A DNA stretch of 59,542 nt from a bacterium. GTDB lineage: Bacteria; UBA9089; JASEIO01. Below the pieces are notes generated by a model. It searched no databases and was not told the DNA's origin. It was given only the letters and a program-made list of their open reading frames with translations. The stretch covers positions 1 through 59,542 of the forward strand of contig JASEIO010000003.1 in NCBI GenBank assembly GCA_030017475.1, read 5' to 3'. This document shows, one piece after another, positions 38,672 to 47,196 of this stretch. Numbering within the stretch: position 1 is the first letter of the stretch; each line of letters opens with the position of its first letter. Made by a program: the position numbers and the translations under genes.

Positions 38672-39211
38672 CTATCGATGAACGAGAAAGGAGAAGACAG
38701 TATCTCCATACCTCCTTTGTTTTACAGGATTGAAATATTTCTCTTCTACTTTTTCTCTTCGATCATGTTGAGCGATTATCCAGCCATCCTCCTCAAGTAT
38801 ATTATATTTCGATAGATATTTCAAGGTAAAATTTACTAAATTCTTGAACTGAGGAGGGCCAAGAAATATTATATCAAATCCAATATTCTGTTTATGTAGG
38901 CTCTTTATCCCCTTCTCTACACTACAATCTAAAACTTCACATCTCTCTTTAAAACCCGTTTTTATTAGATTCTCCCGAATTACTTCTACTACCTTTTTAT
39001 CCTTTTCAACAAACGTAACTCGTTCTACACCACGACTCAAAGCCTCAATCCCAACTTGACCTGTTCCAGCAAATAGGTCAAGGAACCTCTTTCCTCTCAA
39101 TTCTTCACCCAATAGATTAAATAATCCTTCCTTAGCCCGATCCGATATTGGTCTTATACCTTTAATTGACTTTAATCTTATCCCTTTTGCTTGACCACCG
39201 ATTACTCTCAT
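38672..39211 (-). CDS. rsmD: 16S rRNA m2G966 methyltransferase
   Basis: MRVIGG, RP.SDR.KE.LFN, LDLFAGTG..GIEALSRG, RRYGDT. Confidence 0.92.
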   Translation of the reverse strand: MRVIGGQAKGIRLKSIKGIRPISDRAKEGLFNLLGEELRGKRFLDLFAGTGQVGIEALSRGVERVTFVEKDKKVVEVIRENLIKTGFKERCEVLDCSVEKGIKSLHKQNIGFDIIFLGPPQFKNLVNFTLKYLSKYNILEEDGWIIAQHDRREKVEEKYFNPVKQRRYGDTVFSFLVHR

Positions 39212-39279
39212 AATATACAGCTCCAAATAGACATTCTAAAAACGAAAAATATTCTCTTCCGTCTCTTGCTAAGGACTGG

Positions 39280-40152
39280 TTATCTCGCACTCTCTTCATT
39301 TTTAGATGTTTTTAAGGTAATAAAGGTAATCTCTGGCTGGCAAAAGGTTCTAAATGGTAGAATAGTTACCCCCAACCCTTTATTTACATAAAGAAAGGTG
39401 TTATCTACCTTATACAATCCTGAAAAATATCTTTTTCCATGTTTTAACAAGGTTACAATTGGTCCAATAAATGGTAGACAGATTTGTCCACCATGGGTAT
39501 GTCCAGTCAAAACCAAGGAGATTCCTTTTTTAGCTGCCTCTTTTATAATCTTAGGAGAATGAGCCAACAATAAAGTAAAATCCTTTTTTTCTATACAATC
39601 CATTGCCTTTTTCAAGTCATCTCTATTTGTATACGGATCGTCAACTCCGATGATTGAAAAGGTTGTATCATTTATCCTTAAATTAACTCCTTCATTAACT
39701 AATATCCTTCCTCCTTTCAATCTCTTTATTTCCTGAATATAGATATCATTATTTCCCAATACCCCAAAAATTCCATTCTTTGAATGTAAAGAATTCATAA
39801 ACTCCATACATCTCGGTGTTATCCTTTTCCCAGATTCATAATCTCCAGTAATTACGACCAAATCTGGTCTTATCTCATTGACTATTTCGACAACCTTTCT
39901 TTCTCTTTTTCCAATCCTTTTCATATGCAGATCTGACAAATGGACAATAGTTAATCCAGAGAGTGTGGTTGGCAAGCCTTCAATTGATAAGGTAAGATTA
40001 ACAATCTCTAAATTATTTGGTTCATAGAAATAGGCATATAGAAAAAATAATAATATTGATACTCCAACACTTACTAAACCAATGATCAATTTAATCACAT
40101 GTTTAAGGTTATTATTCAACCTTGATCTTCTCTGCCTTCTTTTTCTCTTCAC
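39280..40152 (-). CDS. YkuE/YaeI-type metallophosphoesterase
   Basis: SDLH, TGD, GNND, AHSP, GHTHGGQ; N-terminal TM; true start may be GTG 40098. Confidence 0.88.
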   Translation of the reverse strand: MKRKRRQRRSRLNNNLKHVIKLIIGLVSVGVSILLFFLYAYFYEPNNLEIVNLTLSIEGLPTTLSGLTIVHLSDLHMKRIGKRERKVVEIVNEIRPDLVVITGDYESGKRITPRCMEFMNSLHSKNGIFGVLGNNDIYIQEIKRLKGGRILVNEGVNLRINDTTFSIIGVDDPYTNRDDLKKAMDCIEKKDFTLLLAHSPKIIKEAAKKGISLVLTGHTHGGQICLPFIGPIVTLLKHGKRYFSGLYKVDNTFLYVNKGLGVTILPFRTFCQPEITFITLKTSKNEESAR

Positions 40153-40315
40153 TTAGTTCTTCCAGTTTTTCCAATTTCGCATCAATTAGGGATCTAAAAG
40201 CCAATAGGATCTCCTTTTTTGCCCTAAGCAGATGCCTTATTGCTTCATTAGAGAAAAGTTCTGAAATGGCATTGTATACTGGACAGCTACTCCATTCACT
40301 CTTTTTCTCTTTCAC
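40112..40315 (-). CDS. Small helical protein linked to ArsA/Get3 gene
   Basis: CPV...HLLRAKKEILLAFRSLID; GGAGGTG RBS; overlaps ATPase stop. Confidence 0.7.
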   Translation of the reverse strand: MKEKKSEWSSCPVYNAISELFSNEAIRHLLRAKKEILLAFRSLIDAKLEKLEELSEEKKKAEKIKVE

Positions 40316-41498
40316 CTATATCACCTCCAAATGTAATCCTTAATCTCTCATCTTCAAACTTGGCTGAATCTATCTTTCGATTGGCCAGTGTCTTAGGTAG
40401 TAAGATGTTTCTTCTTATATTCCCAATTCTAATGGTTAATTCGTCACCTTTTCTGTAAATGTCTATATCCTCCTTTTCTATAAAAGGGAGGCTTATCAAC
40501 ATAAGATACTCTGAATCCTTTTTCTTCACCTCAATCGGTCTTCCTTTATAGAGGATTTCTGTTGGATTGCTTTCTGTGTAAAGCAATTCCCCTAACTTAG
40601 TTAAGAGATTCAAACCAACTATCTCTTCTTGGAATAATTTTACTTGAAGGATAGGAAGGGGTGAAAAGATCTCTTTCACCTGATTCAGATATTTAGTTTG
40701 GAAGTCCTTCCATTTACTAAAGTATGATGCATCCATATCCTTTGGTAATATCTTATTGACTACAACCGCATCTACTGGAAGGTCAAATAGGTTGAAGTAG
40801 GTATAAGACATCTGCGCTTCATGGATAACCATCTTCTCAAGATTTAATACAATCCTAATGGATGAAGATTTTCTGTCAATTAAGATATCCCGCATCTTAC
40901 CTACATTCTGATAAAGGTCTTTTATGGATTCAAATACCGAATCCGAAGGCAAGGGATAGTTTATGGTTTTTTTGACTAACGGTCTTGCCACCTTTGCCAA
41001 CTTTCGCTCAATTGGAAATAACCTTTTCATATACCATTTGAAGACCTCTGGAAAAGATAGGAGGTGCAGGGTTGCTCCAGTTGGGGCGCAATCGATAATC
41101 GCTACATCATACTCTCCTGATTCATTCAAGGACTTTAATTCAATCAAATTAAGTAAATCCTCTATCCCTGGCAAAATGGCAATCTCTTCGGATATGACTG
41201 AATCAAAATCCCATTTTGTGAATAGCTCTCTTATGTAAGTCTGGATAGTACCCCAATTTTTATTTAGTACTTCCTGAACATCTACCTCTTTTGCAAATAG
41301 ATTATCCCGTAATTTCATAAGCTTGGCTCCAATATGCAGATCAAACGAGTCGGATAATGAATGGGCTCTGTCTGTTGATAAGATTATCGTCCGATAACCA
41401 AGCTTAGCACACTGTAAGGCAGTAGCACTTGCTATAGTTGTCTTTCCAACTCCACCTTTTCCAGTGAATAATATCACCCTCAATCTATTCTCCTCCAA
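40296..41498 (-). CDS. ArsA/TRC40/Get3-family ATPase with C-terminal HSP20-like domain
   Basis: GKGGVGKT, STDRAHS, DCAPTG, C-terminal ELTIRIG...RRNILLP...AKF. Confidence 0.9.
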   Translation of the reverse strand: MEENRLRVILFTGKGGVGKTTIASATALQCAKLGYRTIILSTDRAHSLSDSFDLHIGAKLMKLRDNLFAKEVDVQEVLNKNWGTIQTYIRELFTKWDFDSVISEEIAILPGIEDLLNLIELKSLNESGEYDVAIIDCAPTGATLHLLSFPEVFKWYMKRLFPIERKLAKVARPLVKKTINYPLPSDSVFESIKDLYQNVGKMRDILIDRKSSSIRIVLNLEKMVIHEAQMSYTYFNLFDLPVDAVVVNKILPKDMDASYFSKWKDFQTKYLNQVKEIFSPLPILQVKLFQEEIVGLNLLTKLGELLYTESNPTEILYKGRPIEVKKKDSEYLMLISLPFIEKEDIDIYRKGDELTIRIGNIRRNILLPKTLANRKIDSAKFEDERLRITFGGDIGEREKE

Positions 41499-41501
41499 GG
41501 A

Positions 41502-42656
41502 TTATCTGCTTATCCTTCTTTCAACAAGTATCTTCTTTAAAGATTTAACTGCACAGTCTATCTCTTCCTTTGTATTGAAATAGCCTAAACTGAATCGAAT
41601 CGTACCCCTGGGAAAGGTGCCAATTGTTTTGTGGGCAGAAGGTGCGCAGTGCAATCCAGTTCTTGTCATTATATCAAATGCCTGATCCAAAACATACCCT
41701 GCTTCATTTGATTCTAAACCATTAATATTAAAAGAGACAATCGATGTTTGTAATTCTGGGTCTTTTGGACCATAAATCGTTATTTCATCCATATCCTTTA
41801 ATGCTTTAAGTAGAAAACTGGTTAATTCTTTCTCGCGGTTCCTAATATTTTCTATTCCTTCTTCTAATATAAACCTCACTCCAGCCCCTAATCCTGCTAA
41901 CCCTACCGTATTATGCGTTCCTGATTCGTATTTATCAGGAAGAAAATCAGGGTGTACTTCAAGTTCAGAATTACTCCCAGTTCCACCTTGAGTTAGTGGT
42001 TCTATTTCAATCCCTTCTCTAATATATAAACCACCAGTTCCTTGAGGACCAAATAATGATTTATGGCCAGTAAAGGCCAATAGGTCAATACAGAAGTCCT
42101 CTACATTAATAGGAAGTACCCCTGCAGTTTGGGCAGCATCTACCATAAATAATATATTATACCTCTTAACTATTCTACCTACCTCTTTTATAGGTAAGAT
42201 AGTTCCTATTACATTTGATGCATGAGTGATGACCACCAATCTTGTATTATCCTTTATAGCCTTCTCTATCTCTTTTACATCCAATCTTCCATCCTCAGAA
42301 CACCATACTACTGTTATCTCAATCTTACCTTTTCCTTCCAAATATCTTAATGGCCTCATTACTGAGTTGTGTTCTAAAGAACTTGTAATTACATGATCTC
42401 CTTTTTTTAATAGCCCCTTTATTCCTAAATTAAGAGCCAAGGTTCCATTTGAGGTAAATATAATCTGGTTTGGCTTTTTAACCCCAAATAATTCACCTAT
42501 TAACTCTCTTGTATTGTAAACAATACGACCTGCCTCAATAGACATCTTATGCCCAGACCTACCTGGGTTGGCACACTTCCTCATACAACTCTCCATACTT
42601 TTATATACTATCTCAGGCTTCGGCCATGATGTAGAAGCATTATCAAAGTAGATCAT
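41502..42656 (-). CDS. Aminotransferase class V, cysteine desulfurase family
   Basis: YFDNASTS, EHNSV, DAAQTAG, TGHK, RTGLHCAP; probable ATG 42656. Confidence 0.92.
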   Translation of the reverse strand: MIYFDNASTSWPKPEIVYKSMESCMRKCANPGRSGHKMSIEAGRIVYNTRELIGELFGVKKPNQIIFTSNGTLALNLGIKGLLKKGDHVITSSLEHNSVMRPLRYLEGKGKIEITVVWCSEDGRLDVKEIEKAIKDNTRLVVITHASNVIGTILPIKEVGRIVKRYNILFMVDAAQTAGVLPINVEDFCIDLLAFTGHKSLFGPQGTGGLYIREGIEIEPLTQGGTGSNSELEVHPDFLPDKYESGTHNTVGLAGLGAGVRFILEEGIENIRNREKELTSFLLKALKDMDEITIYGPKDPELQTSIVSFNINGLESNEAGYVLDQAFDIMTRTGLHCAPSAHKTIGTFPRGTIRFSLGYFNTKEEIDCAVKSLKKILVERRISR

Positions 42657-42838
42657 AATCCACAACTTAGTGACTAAAAGGTATACCACCAAGACATGAA
42701 AAAGACTCCTAAGCTTCCTAATCCTTCTGAAGTTGCTCAGGAGTTTGACATTTCAAGAAGAGAACCTGCATAATGATTACAATAAGGTTATTTCTACTTT
42801 TGATCAAATTTAACCGCAAGTTTTCACACTAAAATGAA

Positions 42839-43810
42839 CTACCCCCCTATCTGAGACATACTCAGATTATGTCCAACCAATGGTAGATTGTTATACCTTA
42901 GCTGTTTATTTTTAATAGCTGTTACAAATAGATCTTTTATCCCTTCTGGTGTTGGATCATTCCGAAGTACAGGTTTTACATCCACTTCTGTATCAGACAA
43001 AAGACAAGGTCTCAATTTCCCATCTGAAGTTAGGCGCAGTCGGTTACAATTAGAACAAAAATTCACACTCACTGGACTGATAAAACCCAAAGTTCCGATA
43101 GCCCCATTTAGTTTATAATAGTGTGCTGGCCCAGAGCCAGGCACAGAATCTATAGAGAATAGCCCTTTTATCCTATTCTTAACCTCTGATATAGGAACAA
43201 ATCTGCGTTCATCCCATGTCCTGCTAATGGGCATAAATTCAATAAACCTTATATAATAGGGATTATTCATAGTGAGCTTTGCAAAATCCACTATTTCATC
43301 ATCGTTAACTCCCCTCATAATTACCACATTTATCTTTATCGGCTGCAAACCTACGTTTTGCGCCTCCTGAATTCCACCCCATACATCTTCTATCTTCCCG
43401 CCCCCAGTAATCTTCCAATATTTTTTCTTATTTAATGTATCTAAACTTATATTGACCCTTTTCAATCCTGCATGCTTTAGCTCTTTGGCATATTTTGAAA
43501 GTAAAGTACCATTTGTAGTCATACTTAAATCCGAAATATTATCTATTTCGCTCAACTTCCTTATTAAGCTTACGACATCCTTTCTGACCAAAGGCTCACC
43601 ACCAGTAATTCTAATTTTACATATCCCTATTTCAGTAGCATATTTCACTAACTGGATTATCTCTTCATAACTTAAAATTTCGGAATGGCTTACCCAATCT
43701 ACCACATCGGACGGCATACAATAGATGCACCTCAAGTTACATCTATCAGTAACAGATATCCTTAGGTAATCAATCTTACGATTGTATGAATCAATCAATC
43801 TACTTTTCAT
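42839..43810 (-). CDS. moaA: GTP 3',8-cyclase
   Basis: [17 protein letters not shown]...C, C-terminal IGG. Confidence 0.96.
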   Translation of the reverse strand: MKSRLIDSYNRKIDYLRISVTDRCNLRCIYCMPSDVVDWVSHSEILSYEEIIQLVKYATEIGICKIRITGGEPLVRKDVVSLIRKLSEIDNISDLSMTTNGTLLSKYAKELKHAGLKRVNISLDTLNKKKYWKITGGGKIEDVWGGIQEAQNVGLQPIKINVVIMRGVNDDEIVDFAKLTMNNPYYIRFIEFMPISRTWDERRFVPISEVKNRIKGLFSIDSVPGSGPAHYYKLNGAIGTLGFISPVSVNFCSNCNRLRLTSDGKLRPCLLSDTEVDVKPVLRNDPTPEGIKDLFVTAIKNKQLRYNNLPLVGHNLSMSQIGG

Positions 43811-44000
43811 TCATATTTTCCTTCCTTTCTTCCTCAGGTTCTTCTATCTTTATCTCTTGTTTCAGTTCCTGTGTTGCCTTCTTGAATTCCCTTAATCCTC
43901 TTCCTAATGCCCTTCCTATATTTGGTAGATTCTTGGGACCAAACACAATCAGGGCAATAATTAAGATTACAATCAATTCAGGCATCCCAATTCCAAACAT
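43800..44000 (-). CDS. tatA: Twin-arginine translocase TatA/TatE
   Basis: GIGMPEL, FGPKNLP, G.GLREFK; GGAGG RBS. Confidence 0.93.
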   Translation of the reverse strand: MFGIGMPELIVILIIALIVFGPKNLPNIGRALGRGLREFKKATQELKQEIKIEEPEEERKENMNEK

Positions 44001-44058
44001 ATCTACCTCCTCTCTTCAGATAACAGAAGTCAGATTGTCCTCCTTCAATCACGTTGTC

Positions 44059-44087
44059 ATTATACCATCTCGATCTCCATTTGTCAA
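44059..44087 (-). promoter_or_regulatory. Consensus sigma70 promoter for tatA-moaA
   Basis: Minus strand TTGACA-17-TATAAT. Confidence 0.8.
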
Positions 44088-44180
44088 TGATGATCTGTAT
44101 CATTTCCTTTTTTCTTTCTCTTTACCCGTAGTATAGTTCTATTTCATTGAGTGTCTCTATTGCCTCTTGCATAGAAAGTT

Positions 44181-44209
44181 TTGACAATACCATTATACCA
44201 TGATACAAT
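44181..44209 (+). promoter_or_regulatory. sigma70 promoter for the cassette locus
   Basis: TTGACA-17-TACAAT with extended TG; AGGAGGTG RBS at 44260-44267. Confidence 0.75.
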
Positions 44210-44276
44210 AATCAAGAGACACTCAGACAGAATGCGTCTTGGTGTTTTCTGTTTTGAGAAGGAGGTGAATAAGGCT

Positions 44277-45665
44277 ATGTTTAGAAAGAAGGCAATTAAA
44301 GGGCTGATTTGCTTCCTGGCAATAGGAGTGTTTGCAAGCACAGGTTGGGCTATGGGCAAGAAGCCTGCCATGAACAAAGAGCAGGCAGTAGTGGATCAAC
44401 CTCAAGCAGATGTTAAAGAGAATCCAGAGGTGGCTGAGGTTGAAAGTCAAGCTGAGGCTAAGGTAACAGAGCAGAAAGGGACTCAGACCCCAGAGACTCA
44501 AGCTGTAGAACTAAAACCGATTATGGAGTATAAGCTTCCTGAAGGTGAGGAGATTGTGGATATTATCTTTGGTGAGGCAGAGATGACTGTAGAAGAAGCA
44601 AGGGCTTTAGGGATGAAGGGATTAGAGCAGAAGAAGGCAACCGAAACTGTGAAGGTGCAGTATCCGAAGGTATTAGTGACTAAGAATGCGGTTAAGTTTT
44701 TGGATGAGAGGGGGAGAATGGAAAGAGAGGTGTTGTTGAAAGAAGAAAATTATGAGAAGCCAATGGTGTCTTTGTTAACAAACAGAATAGTGGTTAAAGG
44801 TAAAAAGGGCGAGGGTGAAAATTGTAATGTTTACGCAAAATGGACAGACGAAAAAGGAAAATTAATAAAAATAGAAGAACACATCTTAGGTGAATTCGGT
44901 GGAGTTCTTATGTCTGAAAATGGAAAATATATTGCTATCGGACTTGGAGTGAAAGTGACAGAACCCGAAGTTGGTGAGTGCAAGTTGTATGATATAAATG
45001 GAAATAAATTATGGACATATGATATTGAATATCCATATCATGGTGGGATGGATATATTTAACGATGGTTCTGTTGTAATAGTGAGATCAGTTGAAGAAGG
45101 AGAAGGGATTAAAAAGGGGAAGATTGTTTTAATAGATGTAAATGGAGAGAAATTATGGGAAAACGAAATAGTTGATGGAACCCATAAAATTTTCTCTACA
45201 GCAGAAGGAAAAATAATAGTTTATACAAGAGAGTATCATTTTGCAGGTACACCTTTTGAAAAATTTACTTATATTCTATATGGATTCAATAAAAATGGCA
45301 ATTTGCTTTGGAAGCCTAAAGAATATAAAGGATTTAATAACTCATTTCATAAACTATCTGTATCTAAAAATGCAAACTACTTGACAGGACTTACCCTCTG
45401 GGATCATCTATGGGTAATGGATATAAATACTGGGGAATTTATATGGAAATATCCCTTGAAAGGATGGAAACCTGATACTTTAAAAATTTCCCCAGATGGT
45501 AAATATGTATTGTTGGGAAATGTGCTTTTGTTAGATGGAAAGAGCGGTAAGGTTTTAAAACGGATTAAGGAAGGAGGAAAATTCTTAGACAAAGACAAGC
45601 TTTGGAGAAGAAAAGGAGGTAAAATTGAGATATTCAATATCTCTGACATCTTAAAGGAAGATTAA
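44277..45665 (+). CDS. Secreted protein A1: conserved N-terminus + PQQ/WD-like beta-propeller
   Basis: Signal peptide ending GWA; repeated D.NG.KLW, SPDGKY blades; ATG 44277 after RBS (ORF track start 44181 is the -35 box). Confidence 0.8.
   Translation: MFRKKAIKGLICFLAIGVFASTGWAMGKKPAMNKEQAVVDQPQADVKENPEVAEVESQAEAKVTEQKGTQTPETQAVELKPIMEYKLPEGEEIVDIIFGEAEMTVEEARALGMKGLEQKKATETVKVQYPKVLVTKNAVKFLDERGRMEREVLLKEENYEKPMVSLLTNRIVVKGKKGEGENCNVYAKWTDEKGKLIKIEEHILGEFGGVLMSENGKYIAIGLGVKVTEPEVGECKLYDINGNKLWTYDIEYPYHGGMDIFNDGSVVIVRSVEEGEGIKKGKIVLIDVNGEKLWENEIVDGTHKIFSTAEGKIIVYTREYHFAGTPFEKFTYILYGFNKNGNLLWKPKEYKGFNNSFHKLSVSKNANYLTGLTLWDHLWVMDINTGEFIWKYPLKGWKPDTLKISPDGKYVLLGNVLLLDGKSGKVLKRIKEGGKFLDKDKLWRRKGGKIEIFNISDILKED
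44521..44672 (+). repeat. Direct repeat, copy 1 (copy 2 at 46306-46457)
   Basis: 152 nt with 7 mismatches by manual comparison; also a 52-nt identical block 44317-44368 / 46102-46153. Confidence 0.9.
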
Positions 45666-45666
45666 A

Positions 45667-45963
45667 ATGAAGAGAGCCTTGAGAAAGCGATTAACAACTT
45701 TAATAAGCCTCTTTTTCTATATAGGCTTAACAAGCACTGCTTATGCAGTAGTCTGGCCTAATGCACCTTCTGGCAAAACTTATCCCAACTATTTGGAGAG
45801 TGATTATGGGCCAAGAAAGGTGTATCAGTACTTCCATAAAGGCTTAGATTTTCCTGATGATAAAAACATCAAAGCTGTTGAGTCAGGAAAAGTTGAAGTA
45901 ATTGCTACAAGTAACTCGAAGTATCATTACGAAATTTGTGGGGGCACAATACTTAATGCTTGA
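45667..45963 (+). pseudogene. Truncated secreted M23 peptidase N-terminus
   Basis: Signal peptide, WP, SDYGPR, FHKGLDF, KAVESGKV, then stop with no HxH motif. Confidence 0.7.
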
Positions 45964-46061
45964 CAAAAAGGATGGAGATGTGAGAGGATATGAACATGGC
46001 TCGAAAAATAGGTATTGTATCCACAATTAGAAGAAAAATTTTAAAAATTGAGGTGATAAAA

Positions 46062-47150
46062 ATGTTTAAGCAAAAAGCAATTAAAGGGTTAATTTGCCTT
46101 GTGGCAATAGGAGTGTTTGCAAGCACAGGTTGGGCTATGGGCAAGAAGCCTGCTGAGAGTGAGCAGTTGTTAGTGAGCAGTGAGCAGAAGGAGATTGAGT
46201 CAACAGGGGTTCAGCCAGAGGGTGAGAGTAAACCAGCTAAGGTTGAGGTGGCAGAGCAGAAAGGGACTCAAACCTCAGAGGCTCAAGCCATAGAGCCAAA
46301 GCCAGTTATGGAGTATAAGCTTCCTGAAGGTGAGGAGATTGTGGATGTTATCTTTGGTGAGGCAGAGATGACTGTAGAAGAAGCAATGGCTTTAGGGATA
46401 AAAGGCTTAGAGCAGAAGAAGGCAACCGAAACCGTGAAGGTGCAGTATCCAAAGGTAATAACGATCAAAGACATGAATATTAAAGGTGATGTATCTATAA
46501 AATCGATTAGATTCTTGAATGAAAAAGGAGAGATGAAGAGCGAATATCAAGTTAAAGGACAAAGAGAATGGACGGGTGTTATGGTTTCCAAGAATAAGAA
46601 GTACCTTAATGTCCATTCTATTATCAATTATGAAAAAGAAGAAGCAGAATCTATAATGTTGAATGACGAGGGAAAAGTGTTATGGAGTGTTAAGCATAAT
46701 CTCTTTGAAGTCTATCCATCACCAAATGGCAAGTATTTGGTTGGACTTCCTACTATTGAGTGGAGTGATGCCCCAATATATGTTTATAATGAAAAAGGAT
46801 TGGTTAGGGAAATAAAGAAGGATGATCTATCTTGTAGGTTAAGCTTTTCTAAAGATGGAAGTTATTTTGCTGTAACTTTAACTACAAGAATTGAAGGTGA
46901 AGATAGAGCAGATTTAATAGTATTTGATGGAGAAGGAAATGAACTTTGGAGAAAGAATGGTATAACAAGAGGAATTGCCGCAGATTATTGCCCAATAAAT
47001 ATTACAGATGATGACATAATCACGGTAATGACAGGTGGAGATGAATATAAGATATATCATTTTGATAAGAAAGGCAATTTGGTTAAAGAAGAACAAGGTA
47101 ATTTAGAATTACTTAGGCAATTCAACCCAGATTATTCAAGAGCAAGGTAA
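46062..47150 (+). CDS. Secreted protein A2: paralogous N-terminus + different beta-propeller-like region
   Basis: N-terminus nearly identical to A1; SPNGKY, FSKDGSY, DGEGNELW; ATG 46062 after GAGGTG. Confidence 0.8.
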   Translation: MFKQKAIKGLICLVAIGVFASTGWAMGKKPAESEQLLVSSEQKEIESTGVQPEGESKPAKVEVAEQKGTQTSEAQAIEPKPVMEYKLPEGEEIVDVIFGEAEMTVEEAMALGIKGLEQKKATETVKVQYPKVITIKDMNIKGDVSIKSIRFLNEKGEMKSEYQVKGQREWTGVMVSKNKKYLNVHSIINYEKEEAESIMLNDEGKVLWSVKHNLFEVYPSPNGKYLVGLPTIEWSDAPIYVYNEKGLVREIKKDDLSCRLSFSKDGSYFAVTLTTRIEGEDRADLIVFDGEGNELWRKNGITRGIAADYCPINITDDDIITVMTGGDEYKIYHFDKKGNLVKEEQGNLELLRQFNPDYSRAR

Positions 47151-47196
47151 TGTAGAGATGCTTTGGCAATCTAAAAAATAGTAGGAATAAGAAAAA

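Noticed and set aside
40296-41498. Arsenic resistance operon
   Set aside because: No arsB/acr3/arsC/arsR/arsD; single-domain ATPase with HSP20-like tail
44181-44276. N-terminal extension of ORF 44181-45665 (likewise 45990-46061)
   Set aside because: The TTG is the -35 box; RBS and paralog alignment place starts at 44277 and 46062
44277-47150. Diversity-generating retroelement TR/VR pair for the duplicated blocks
   Set aside because: Mismatches are few, mostly third-position, not adenine-specific, in N-terminal coding regions, and there is no RT in the window
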